Shown here piece after piece: positions 55,785 to 64,000 of a stretch of 64,000 nt of DNA; the stretch's first letter is position 1; each line of letters begins with the position of its first letter. The position numbers and the translations under genes are program-made. Origin of the DNA: Alphaproteobacteria bacterium (GTDB lineage: Bacteria > Pseudomonadota > Alphaproteobacteria > UBA8366 > GCA-2717185); assembly GCA_028822585.1 (NCBI GenBank), contig JAPKDL010000001.1, positions 65,407 through 129,406 of the forward strand, in the 5' to 3' direction. The notes below the pieces were generated by a model, which saw only the letters and a list, made by a program, of their open reading frames with translations, was not told where the DNA came from and ran no database searches.

Positions 55785-57464
55785 ATGAATGAAGGTAGGC
55801 GGTTTTCGGTCGTTGGGCCCCGTCGATCGACAAATGAGGACAACGCGACTGAGCAAGCCCGTCTGCTGGCATTTGCGCTCTGTACCGCCGACGTGCTGAT
55901 TGAAGTGGATGTCGACGGGCGAATTATTGAAGAATTTGGACCCACGGCGGGCCTTTTCGGGACGCGACCAAAGCAGCTGGTGGACAAAACACTGGAATCC
56001 CTGGCGCTGGAGGATGATCGACATTTATTGCGGGCCTTGTTGGCCCAGGCGGCGACTGGTCAGCGGTTTCGAAGCGCGCCTATCCGATTTTGTGGTCCCG
56101 AAAATAGAGTGCAGACGTTGATATTAAGCGGGTACGGCGTTCCCAACATTGGGGAACATTGTTATTTGACGGTTCGTACGACGCAAATGTCGAGTGAATA
56201 CATTGATGATCCAGAACGCAGTAATATCAGCGGCATTCGAAATATTCACGGTTTTAGTAATTGTGTGAGTAATTATTTCTCCACCGTGCCGGTCGGGGCG
56301 CATCAAGGTGGGTTGACGCTGTTGTATGTGCATGGGCTATCTGATTTGCGGTCGCGAATATTGCCGGCTGTTTGGGCGCAACTGCAACGGCAAATCGGAG
56401 CCTTTTTGGACGCGGTGTCGATAGAAGGCAATGCTGCGGGGCATTTATCAATCGAGCGGTTTGGGTTTATTCATGACCGGACCGTTGATGTTAATGATAT
56501 CTGCGCGTGTTTGGCCGAATTCACGCGCGTTGCGGATCCTGACAATAAGGGATGCGTTATCGTTCCAGATAACGTCGCGGTGCATGAAATCGAATTGGCG
56601 GGCCCTGATCTGGCTCGGGCCATTTTATACACCATCCGCCGGTTCGCTCTTATCCCAAGCCGCAGCGTCATCGGCGATATTGAAACAACTAACGTTTCCT
56701 CGCAATTGAGAGTGGCGGCGGACCGGACGCGTTTTGTCGTCTCGACAATTGCCGGTGCCGATTTTGGCATCGCCTATGAACCTATTGTTTCTCTGGCGGA
56801 TGGCTCCATTCATCACTTTGAGGCCCTACTTCGATTGAACGACCACCCTGAGGGCCTCAGCCCCTATGAATTTATTGTGTTTGCGGAAGAGATTGACCTC
56901 ATCACTGAATTTGATTTGGCGATGTGCCGCAAGGTGATTGCGAAATTAGCGTCACAAGATGCTAATGCTTCGGTAAAAGGGGTGGCGATTAATATTTCCG
57001 GGCGGTCGATAAATTCCTCGCCATTTGTTGAGGCGCTCAACGCGTTGATGGATCGTTATCTCAGCGTTCCCGGCGAATTGATGTTTGAAATTACGGAATC
57101 CGCAAGAATTTGGGATTTGGCGCATGCGAATGACGTTATCCAGGCGCTTCGGAAACGAGGTTTTCAGGTGTGCCTGGATGATTTTGGGGCCGGGGAGGCG
57201 GCGTTTGACTATTTACGCGAGCTTGAAGTGGATTTCGTAAAAATCGACGGCAAATATGTTAAAGACGCGGCGTCGAATTCGAGAGACAAGGCGTTTTTGA
57301 TCGCCATGTCGAGTTTGTGTCATGACCTCGGCATTACAACGATCGCCGAAGGTATTGAAAGCGAGTTGATCCTCGATTTTCTACGCGATTGCGGCATTAC
57401 TTATGGTCAAGGTTTTGTCTTCGGATCGCAAGAAGGTTTGGCCGCACCTCAAATATCTAAATAG
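55785..57464 (+). CDS. EAL-domain protein (putative c-di-GMP phosphodiesterase) with an N-terminal sensory region and a degenerate GGDEF-like region
   Basis: EAL motifs are present: FEALLRL, NISGRS, EITES, DDFGAGEAAFDYL, KIDG, IAEGIESE, GQGFVFG. No intact GG(D/E)EF motif is visible in the middle domain. Confidence 0.85.
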   Translation: MNEGRRFSVVGPRRSTNEDNATEQARLLAFALCTADVLIEVDVDGRIIEEFGPTAGLFGTRPKQLVDKTLESLALEDDRHLLRALLAQAATGQRFRSAPIRFCGPENRVQTLILSGYGVPNIGEHCYLTVRTTQMSSEYIDDPERSNISGIRNIHGFSNCVSNYFSTVPVGAHQGGLTLLYVHGLSDLRSRILPAVWAQLQRQIGAFLDAVSIEGNAAGHLSIERFGFIHDRTVDVNDICACLAEFTRVADPDNKGCVIVPDNVAVHEIELAGPDLARAILYTIRRFALIPSRSVIGDIETTNVSSQLRVAADRTRFVVSTIAGADFGIAYEPIVSLADGSIHHFEALLRLNDHPEGLSPYEFIVFAEEIDLITEFDLAMCRKVIAKLASQDANASVKGVAINISGRSINSSPFVEALNALMDRYLSVPGELMFEITESARIWDLAHANDVIQALRKRGFQVCLDDFGAGEAAFDYLRELEVDFVKIDGKYVKDAASNSRDKAFLIAMSSLCHDLGITTIAEGIESELILDFLRDCGITYGQGFVFGSQEGLAAPQISK

Positions 57465-57598
57465 GCATCGTCGTCGCTACAATTATGATGCAGGCCGCGC
57501 AACATTTCGTGACTATAGGGTGGCCAACGCTATTCTGCCGCCACGAGATAATACTCTAATAAATATGGCCCTCTGGGCTGCTGAATGGGAGATTCCAA

Positions 57599-59686
57599 AT
57601 GTCTGGTCTTGTCGAGTATGAAAAATATGGTGCCATTGGCGTCATTACGGTGAACAATCCACCGGTAAATGCGTTGAGCCCCGGGGTCCCTGAAGGCATC
57701 GTGGAAGGTGTTGAAAAAGGCGTCGCCGACCCTGATGTGAAAGCCATGGTGCTTATCGGTGCCGGACGTAGTTTTATCGCGGGCGCCGATATTAAATTTC
57801 TGGGTAAGCCGCGTAGTGAAACGGCGAAGAATTATCGCGAAATTATCGAAGGCAGCGAGAAACCTGTGGTCGCGGCGATCCATGGCTATGCATTGGGTGG
57901 CGGCCTGGAAACAGCGTTGGGTTGTCATTACAGGGTTGCCGTTAAAAGTGCGAAGGTTGGATTGCCGGAGGTGTTGATAGGCATTCTGCCCGGTGGCGCG
58001 GGCACGCAACGCCTGCCCCGGTTGATTGGGCCCGAAGCCGCGTTGGAGATGATCGTGTCGGGACGCCATGTGCCCGCCACTGAAGCGGGTGAATTGGGTG
58101 TCCTCGATTCTGTGGTTGAAGATGGTGATCTACGAAACGCGGCGATCGCATTTGCCGAAAAAATTGCGGACCAAAGGCCCGTGCCGCGCATTTCGCAGAT
58201 GAATGAAAAGGTTACTAACGTCGATCCCGCGATATTCGACGCCATGCGGAAAAAAATCGAACGTCGTGCCCGCAACCAAATTGCGCCTTACCACTGTATC
58301 GCGTGTGTTGAAGCGGCGGTGAGTTTACCCTTTGAGGAAGGCGTCGCGCGAGAACGCGAGCTATTCCAGGAAATCGTCAATGGAGATGAGGCCAAGTCGT
58401 TACGGTATGCATTTTTTTCGGAGCGTGAGGCTACTAAAATCCCCGATATCGATAAGTCTATATCCGCGGTTGATGTAAGGCTGGCCGCCGTGGTCGGTGC
58501 CGGAACCATGGGCGGCGGCATCGCGATGTGCTTCGCCGATTCCGGTATTCCGGTGAAACTTCTGGAAATTAGCGAGGAATTTCTCGACACGGGGATGGCG
58601 AAAATTAAGGCTAATTATGAAACCAGCATCAAACGCGGCAGTTTGACCGCTGAAGGCATGGCGGAACGAATGGCGTTGATCGACCCTGTCATCAGTTATG
58701 ACGATATCGCCAACGCGGATATGGTGATTGAAGCGGTGTTTGAAGAAATGCCAGTTAAAAAAGAAGTTTTCGCCAAACTGGACGCCGTCATGAAAGAGGG
58801 CGCGATCATGGCGAGCAATACGTCTACTCTGGATATCGATGAAATTGCGAGCGCCACGAAACGTCCGGAAGCGGTGCTGGGAATGCACTTCTTCAGCCCG
58901 GCGAACGTTATGAAGCTATTGGAAATTGTCCGCGGGAAAAATTCATCCAAGGAAGCCGTTGCGACGGCGTTGAAGGTCGCACGGCGCATTGGCAAAGTTG
59001 GCGCGGTCTGCGGCAATTGTGACGGATTCCTGGCAAACCGAAGCCGGATGCCGTTTCAAACGGAAATGAACATCCTGATCGAAGATGGCGCGTTGCCGGA
59101 ACAGGTCGATAAGGTGATGGTTGATTTCGGTTACCCCGTTGGACCGTTTGTTGTTGGCGATATGTCCGGTTTGGATATCGGATACGCGGTCCGCAAGCGC
59201 CGCGCGGCGGAAAGCCCCAATGAATTCCGAAAATTGCCGATTCCTGATCGTTTGTTTGAAATGGGTCGGCTGGGACAAAAGACAGCAGGCGGCTGGTTCA
59301 CCTATAAAAAAGGCGATCGGACGCCCCATCCTGAACCCGAAGTTGTGAAGGTGATTGAGGATGTGCGGCGGGAAATGGGTATCAAACCGCATGATTTTAC
59401 AGATGAAGAAATCCTGCAGCGCCTCTTGTTCTCGTCGGTGAATGAAGCCGCTAAGATCCTGGAGGAAGGAATAGCGTACCGTGCCAGCGACGTGGATATC
59501 ATGTGGCTGTACGGGTTTGGATTTCCACGCTATCGCGGCGGATTGTTGTTCTGGGCGGATCAAATTGGCGTGAAGAAAATTTACGAAATCATGTGTGAAT
59601 GGGAAAAAACGTATGGCGACCGGTGGAAGCCTGCGAATTTGATCAAGGAATTGGCGGAATCAGGAAAGTCTTTCGCCGACGCGTAA
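57599..59686 (+). CDS. Bifunctional enoyl-CoA hydratase / 3-hydroxyacyl-CoA dehydrogenase (FadJ/FadB-like)
   Basis: An N-terminal crotonase fold (GAGRSFIAGADI, HGYALGGGLE) and a central NAD-binding VVGAGTMGGGIA. 695 aa. Confidence 0.9.
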   Translation: MSGLVEYEKYGAIGVITVNNPPVNALSPGVPEGIVEGVEKGVADPDVKAMVLIGAGRSFIAGADIKFLGKPRSETAKNYREIIEGSEKPVVAAIHGYALGGGLETALGCHYRVAVKSAKVGLPEVLIGILPGGAGTQRLPRLIGPEAALEMIVSGRHVPATEAGELGVLDSVVEDGDLRNAAIAFAEKIADQRPVPRISQMNEKVTNVDPAIFDAMRKKIERRARNQIAPYHCIACVEAAVSLPFEEGVARERELFQEIVNGDEAKSLRYAFFSEREATKIPDIDKSISAVDVRLAAVVGAGTMGGGIAMCFADSGIPVKLLEISEEFLDTGMAKIKANYETSIKRGSLTAEGMAERMALIDPVISYDDIANADMVIEAVFEEMPVKKEVFAKLDAVMKEGAIMASNTSTLDIDEIASATKRPEAVLGMHFFSPANVMKLLEIVRGKNSSKEAVATALKVARRIGKVGAVCGNCDGFLANRSRMPFQTEMNILIEDGALPEQVDKVMVDFGYPVGPFVVGDMSGLDIGYAVRKRRAAESPNEFRKLPIPDRLFEMGRLGQKTAGGWFTYKKGDRTPHPEPEVVKVIEDVRREMGIKPHDFTDEEILQRLLFSSVNEAAKILEEGIAYRASDVDIMWLYGFGFPRYRGGLLFWADQIGVKKIYEIMCEWEKTYGDRWKPANLIKELAESGKSFADA

Positions 59687-59698
59687 GTCACACAAATG

Positions 59699-59721
59699 GC
59701 GGCGGATTTATTCCGCCGCCG
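59699..59721. terminator. Hairpin between convergent genes (candidate bidirectional terminator)
   Basis: GGCGGCGGA-TTTAT-TCCGCCGCC. The right arm overlaps the last codons of the minus-strand CoA-transferase gene. The flanking T-tracts are weak. Confidence 0.45.
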
Positions 59722-60904
59722 CTTTCGGCTCCAACACACGCACGGCACCGTCGTTTTCCAGACCCTTAATCGCGTCGTCTGAAAATCCAAGGTCGCGTAA
59801 CACGACCGATGTGTGTTCGCCAATATGGGGGCTGTGCGCGAGTGGGTCGCCAGATTTCAAGGGCGGAATTCCGGGTGTTTTTGGCATGGGAAGGCGGCCG
59901 ACGCCGCTTTGTTCGACCCAGGCGACGGCGTCGACGGCGGTGACGTGGGGGTCGTTCATGTAATCGCCATAGTCTTGAACCGGCGCGTTCAAGACGCCTA
60001 CGTTGTTCAAGGCTTCGTTCCATTCGGCCACCGTGCGCTGGGTCATGGTGTCTTTCATCAATGCCAATAACTCGGCTTCATGTTCCTTGCGTGCGTCTAC
60101 GGTGGCGTAGCGGGGGTCGGTCGCCATCTCCTCTCGGCCGATCAATCCGCAGAGCGCTACGAAATGGGAATCCCGCCGCGCATTGACGTTGATGAAACCG
60201 TCTTTCGCTTTAAAGGTGCCGACCGGTACGCCTGGCGCGGTAGGTTCCGCGCCTTCCAGTTCGAATTCAATCATTTTCGCGGTTTGAAAGGCGCCGACGG
60301 CTTCCATAAGACTCGATTCTATATGTGCCCCTTTGCCTTTGGTGGCGCGTCGATACAGCGCGGCACTGACGGCTTGGAAACCATACAGACCCGTTGAAAT
60401 ATCGATAGCTAGGATGCCAAGACGTTGCGGAATGCCCCGATGATCTTTGTTGATGGACATAAAGCCAGAAAAGGCCTGCAGGACAGAATCGGTCGCCGGA
60501 AGCTTTGAGTTGGGCCCGGTTTGCCCAAACCCGGTCACGGAATAATAGATCATGGTTGGGTTGGAGGGTCGGATGCTTTTTTCATCCAAGCCGAATTTGG
60601 CCAAGACGCCGGGCCGGTAATTTTCAATGATGACGTCTGCGCTTTTACAAAGGGATTTAGCAATGGCGAGGCCGTCCGCGGTTTTCAAATTCAGCGCTAT
60701 GCTTTTTTTGCCGCGATTGTAGACAACGCTGTTAGAGGATTGATCGCCATATTTCTTGCCGATTTCTCGGCACCAATCGCCCTCCATGGGTTCGATCTTG
60801 ATGACTTCTGCACCATGTTGGGCTAGCAACATGCCGCAATGGGGCCCCGCGATGCCTTGAGAAAAATCCACGACGCGTAGGCCGGAAAATGCTGGTTCAT
60901 CCAT
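59708..60904 (-). CDS. Family III CoA-transferase (CaiB/BaiF family)
   Basis: LRVVDFSQGIAGPHCGMLLAQHGAEVIKIEP is typical of the family. The start was trimmed to ATG 60904. Confidence 0.9.
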   Translation of the reverse strand: MDEPAFSGLRVVDFSQGIAGPHCGMLLAQHGAEVIKIEPMEGDWCREIGKKYGDQSSNSVVYNRGKKSIALNLKTADGLAIAKSLCKSADVIIENYRPGVLAKFGLDEKSIRPSNPTMIYYSVTGFGQTGPNSKLPATDSVLQAFSGFMSINKDHRGIPQRLGILAIDISTGLYGFQAVSAALYRRATKGKGAHIESSLMEAVGAFQTAKMIEFELEGAEPTAPGVPVGTFKAKDGFINVNARRDSHFVALCGLIGREEMATDPRYATVDARKEHEAELLALMKDTMTQRTVAEWNEALNNVGVLNAPVQDYGDYMNDPHVTAVDAVAWVEQSGVGRLPMPKTPGIPPLKSGDPLAHSPHIGEHTSVVLRDLGFSDDAIKGLENDGAVRVLEPKAAAE

Positions 60905-61065
60905 GTCGCCACACTCCAAATGAAAATCTATACAAATCATTAACAAAATTACGCCCATGTTAAAAGGACAGGACCTGTGCGGGCAAGGTAAACCATTGCA
61001 GCGGATGGCGTTCTGACGCTAAATAGAAAATCAAACGGATCGTAAAAATCGGAGAACTTAAAACA

Positions 61066-62043
61066 ATGAATCAATACAAAGTCCTGCTGGCCGGATCTAT
61101 GCCAAAGGCCGCGACGGATTTATTCGATGCGCGTGATGATGTGGTCTATGAGGCTATCACCGACGTCTCTGAAGCGGTTCTTTTAGAAAAAATGAGCGAT
61201 GTGGATGGTATTACCGTCCGAACGGCGGACATAACGGAAAATATCATCAAGAATTCGCCAAAATTAAAAGTCGTGTCTCGGTTTGGCGTTGGGTATGACA
61301 GCATTGATGTGCCGGCGTTGAATGCGCAAGGCGTCCCCTTGATGATTGTCGGGACGGCAAACTCCGTCGCGGTGGCCGAGGCCGCGCTGTACATGATGCT
61401 GGAGTTGGCCAAAGCAGGCTTCAAGCATGATCAGGAGGTGCGTCAGGGGAATTGGAATTATCGCCTTGGGATGCACGCCATCGAACTTTGGCAAAAGAAC
61501 GTCCTTATTGTCGGCTTTGGTCGCATTGGAACCCGCGTTGCGCCGCGATGTCAGGCGTTTGATATGAATGTGTTCGTGCTAGACCCCAATGTTGATGATG
61601 ATGTCATCCGGTCGGCGGGCTACACGCCAGTGTCTGATTTGCGAACTTCCTTGCCGGATATGGATTATGTGACGTTGCATTTGCCGCTGAACAACGCGAC
61701 GCGGGATACGATTAACGCGGAAGAATTGGCCTTGATGAAACCAAGCGCCATTCTTGTGAATGCGGCGCGCGGCAATATCGTCAATGAAGCGGCGTTATAC
61801 GATGCGTTGAAAATGGGCGAGATTCGGGGTGCGGGGCTGGATGTGTTGGCGATTGAGCCTGCGGAGAAGGGTCACCCGTTGTTCAAGCTGGAAAATATTG
61901 TCATCAGTCCCCACATCGCTGGCGTTACCAATGAAGCCGCGAACCGTATGGCGATTGCGTGCGCCCAAAACGTGTTGGATGTTTTCGATGGCAAGGCCGA
62001 TCCCGAAAATGTCGTCAACCAGATCGTGCTCGACGACGAGTAG
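61066..62043 (+). CDS. D-isomer-specific 2-hydroxyacid dehydrogenase (phosphoglycerate-dehydrogenase-like)
   Basis: NAD-binding VGFGRIGTRVA, then catalytic-domain motifs NAARG and SPHIAG. 325 aa. Confidence 0.9.
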   Translation: MNQYKVLLAGSMPKAATDLFDARDDVVYEAITDVSEAVLLEKMSDVDGITVRTADITENIIKNSPKLKVVSRFGVGYDSIDVPALNAQGVPLMIVGTANSVAVAEAALYMMLELAKAGFKHDQEVRQGNWNYRLGMHAIELWQKNVLIVGFGRIGTRVAPRCQAFDMNVFVLDPNVDDDVIRSAGYTPVSDLRTSLPDMDYVTLHLPLNNATRDTINAEELALMKPSAILVNAARGNIVNEAALYDALKMGEIRGAGLDVLAIEPAEKGHPLFKLENIVISPHIAGVTNEAANRMAIACAQNVLDVFDGKADPENVVNQIVLDDE

Positions 62044-62046
62044 GGC

Positions 62047-63651
62047 ATGTTTTCCCTGATGCGTCTGGTTGCGTCTGTGGCGTTTTTGAACGCCCTGCTG
62101 ACGCTGCACAATATTTGGCCGACGCCGTGGGTTAAAGTGGTGCCGGAATTATCTGTCGAGCTGTTCGCGGCATTGCTCGCGATGGCGCTGTTGCTGGAAA
62201 TGAAAATACGGGCCGGTCGTATGATGGTGGTGGCCCTAACTGTAATCTTCATTGTATTGGCGGTGGGGCGGTATGCCGACGTGACGGCACCGGCGTTGTT
62301 CGGGCGTCCCATCAATTTGTACTGGGATGTTAGGCACATTCCCAACGTGGCGGCCATGTTGGTTGAATCGGCCGCCATATGGCGTGTCGTGGCTACCATT
62401 GTGGCAGGTCTAGTTTTCGTTGGCGTGTTTGTTGGGATCGTCGTATTTGCGCTAAAGACAATTGTTGCGGGGTTTCAATCCACCGGAATGCGCCGCGTAT
62501 CGGCCTTGGGCTGTGTTGTCTTTATCGGAATTTACAGCGTCGGCATGACCCGCGATGACGTTCACACCGAAGGGTGGTTTGCTATTCCGGTGGCGCCGGT
62601 TTATGCGCGGCAGGCGGCATTCCTTCTCAAGGCGGGGAGGCCCACGGATGCGAGCGGCGAAACGCCAACCACGACATCGGATATGGCGCATGTCAAAGGT
62701 CGCGACGTCTTCCTTATTTTCTTTGAATCCTATGGCGCAACGGCGTTCGATGCGCCTCGTCTCGCCAATGGCCTGGCTCAGGAACGCGCCGCTCTTGATA
62801 CGATGATAGAAGCGACAGGCTGGAACGTCGCCTCGGCGATGGTGGAATCGCCAACATATGGCGGCGCGTCGTGGTTGGCGCATTCCAGTGTTTTGTCAGG
62901 GCGATGGTTGGCGAACCAGGGCGATTATAAGCTCTTCCTCACCCACCCTTCCGAAACATTGGTGGACCGTTTTCGGGCGTTGGGACATCGCACTATTGCG
63001 TTGGCGCCGGGTATAAAGCGTCCCTGGCCGGAAGGGAGTGCCTATGGATTCGACGCCATTTTGGACGCTAAGGCGTTGGACTATGGCGGCCCGGCGTTTG
63101 GGTGGTGGGCCATTCCGGATCAATTCAGCCTGGCGCGATTTCTGGAACGCGAAGTTGGTCCAAACCGTGACAAACCGGTCTTCGTGTTCTTTCCAACCAT
63201 CATGAGCCATATGCCCTTTGGGCCTACGCCGCCGTATCAACCGGATTGGGCGCAGTTGACGAAACCGGATCCCTTTGCGGGGACAGACCTCGCTGAGGCG
63301 CTCACTAATTTGCCGGATTACGGTGATTTGCCAGCTGCCTATATCCGAACTATACGTCATAACTATCGACTTCTTCGCGGGTTTCTGGAGTCCCATGCGC
63401 CCAAGGATGCGTTGATTATTGTGGTGGGCGACCATCAGCCTAGCGCCATCATCAGTGGGAAAGAGGCGTCCTGGAATGCGCCGATTCATATTTTCAGCCG
63501 CGACGCTGAAATGTTGAACTCTTTCATGAAGTCTGGGTTTACGTCTGGTTTTGACCCGCGCGGCGCGATGTTTGGCCGGATGCATCTTCTGCATGAAGCC
63601 ATGCTGAAGGCGATGGATTCCAAAAGTGCGCGCGGTTTGGCGCAACGGTAG
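62047..63651 (+). CDS. Membrane protein with a C-terminal sulfatase/alkaline-phosphatase-like domain (LTA-synthase / phosphoglycerol-transferase-like)
   Basis: About five N-terminal TM helices are followed by VFLIFFESYGATAFD...SPTYGGASWLAHSS...VGDHQP, which is typical of the sulfatase-like transferase fold. Confidence 0.7.
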   Translation: MFSLMRLVASVAFLNALLTLHNIWPTPWVKVVPELSVELFAALLAMALLLEMKIRAGRMMVVALTVIFIVLAVGRYADVTAPALFGRPINLYWDVRHIPNVAAMLVESAAIWRVVATIVAGLVFVGVFVGIVVFALKTIVAGFQSTGMRRVSALGCVVFIGIYSVGMTRDDVHTEGWFAIPVAPVYARQAAFLLKAGRPTDASGETPTTTSDMAHVKGRDVFLIFFESYGATAFDAPRLANGLAQERAALDTMIEATGWNVASAMVESPTYGGASWLAHSSVLSGRWLANQGDYKLFLTHPSETLVDRFRALGHRTIALAPGIKRPWPEGSAYGFDAILDAKALDYGGPAFGWWAIPDQFSLARFLEREVGPNRDKPVFVFFPTIMSHMPFGPTPPYQPDWAQLTKPDPFAGTDLAEALTNLPDYGDLPAAYIRTIRHNYRLLRGFLESHAPKDALIIVVGDHQPSAIISGKEASWNAPIHIFSRDAEMLNSFMKSGFTSGFDPRGAMFGRMHLLHEAMLKAMDSKSARGLAQR

Positions 63652-63660
63652 GCATCGTCT

Positions 63661-64000
63661 ATGCGCTTTTATACGATTTGTGTGATGGTTGCGGCAGCCT
63701 TGGGGGCAGGACTCGTCTGGCGCGCCGCCAATGAACCGGTCCCAGTGCTGGACGGCCCACTAGTGTTGCACGGGGTTACCTACACGCCTCATGGGGCGGA
63801 TCCTGCCAAAGCGCCAATCTTCAACAAAGAGGCAGTTCAGGTCGAGCTGGACCTTATCGCGAAACGCTTTGGCCGGATTCGCACTTATGCTGCCGCCGGT
63901 GCCCAGGGGCGCATTTCCGTCTTTGCGTTACGGCATGGTTTGAAAATTTCACAAGGGGTCTGGATTGGCCCAAACAAGCGCGATAATGAACGCGAGATAG
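63661..64000 (+). CDS. Glycoside hydrolase family 17-like protein; N-terminal part, continues beyond the window end
   Basis: MRFYTICVMVAAALGAGLVW (anchor) is followed by LHGVTYTPHG...VQVELDLIAKRFGRIRTYAAAGAQGRISVFALRHGLKISQGVWIG. This resembles the GH17 glucan endo/transglycosylase domains of proteobacterial beta-glucan loci. The assignment is by resemblance only. Confidence 0.5.
   Translation, partial: MRFYTICVMVAAALGAGLVWRAANEPVPVLDGPLVLHGVTYTPHGADPAKAPIFNKEAVQVELDLIAKRFGRIRTYAAAGAQGRISVFALRHGLKISQGVWIGPNKRDNEREI

Noticed and set aside
55418-55987. A 189 aa minus-strand ORF bridging the nadC 3' end and the start of the EAL gene.
   Set aside because: It overlaps two well-supported plus-strand genes and has an Arg/Ser/Pro-rich composition with no motifs.
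62896-63645. A 249 aa ORF on the minus strand. Similar long antisense ORFs occur at 58943..59563, 26487..27065, 28442..29026, 28570..29166, 1410..2048, 41707..42165 and 47834..48241.
   Set aside because: Each lies entirely antisense to, or in an alternative frame of, a gene with clear family motifs. Their translations are Arg/Pro/Gly-rich and low in complexity, as expected for shadow ORFs in GC-rich coding DNA.
1-64000. Searched by eye for tRNA/rRNA genes, CRISPR-like spaced repeats, transposase, integrase or phage genes, toxin-antitoxin pairs and known defence systems.
   Set aside because: I found nothing with the expected signatures (no T-loop GGTTCGA-type motifs in cloverleaf context, no regularly spaced direct repeats, no DDE or tyrosine-recombinase-like translations). 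Absence by eye is not proof, and covariance or HMM scans would be needed to confirm it.

Overview
This window looks like a chromosomal segment of an alphaproteobacterium. That is an inference from core synteny only (hemF-trmL next to petABC, MoxR-DUF58-DUF4159, DUF1285-NUDIX-cca); no rRNA or tRNA is present to confirm it.

Positions 1 to about 34.5 kb form a tightly packed accessory catabolic region. It holds a TupABC-type oxyanion transporter, an SDR with hydantoinase A/B, a cytoplasmic Cys-type sulfatase and two convergent acyl-CoA carboxyltransferase paralogues. It also holds an 8 kb minus-strand operon: molybdenum hydroxylase L-M-S, two luciferase-like oxidoreductases, an isocitrate-lyase/PEP-mutase enzyme, a double-hotdog thioesterase and an SDR. 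Three TauD/TfdA dioxygenases, two MFS transporters, a class II aldolase and msrB complete the region. I recognised no transcriptional regulator in it.

Positions 34.5 to 64 kb are mostly core genes: porin, the MoxR module, cca, SPFH/NfeD, hemF, trmL, petABC, nadC, an EAL protein, fatty-acid oxidation genes, and a membrane sulfatase-like gene followed by a GH17-like gene.

The strongest observation is a peroxiredoxin-like gene (24472..24942) that the ORF track splits. Its only lesion is an in-frame TGA exactly at the redox Cys of the WCPFC motif, and an extended hairpin starts 2 nt after it. This makes it a candidate selenocysteine (UxxC) protein.

Other observations:
- Two short SD-preceded ORFs are translationally coupled to large enzyme genes.
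- An MFS gene may start at a non-canonical AUA codon.
- At least five decayed genes or gene fragments are present.
- A conserved four-gene MoxR/DUF58/DUF4159 membrane module has no known function.

No tRNA, rRNA, CRISPR array, transposase or integrase was recognised. All calls come from reading the translations and sequence by eye; no database search was run.
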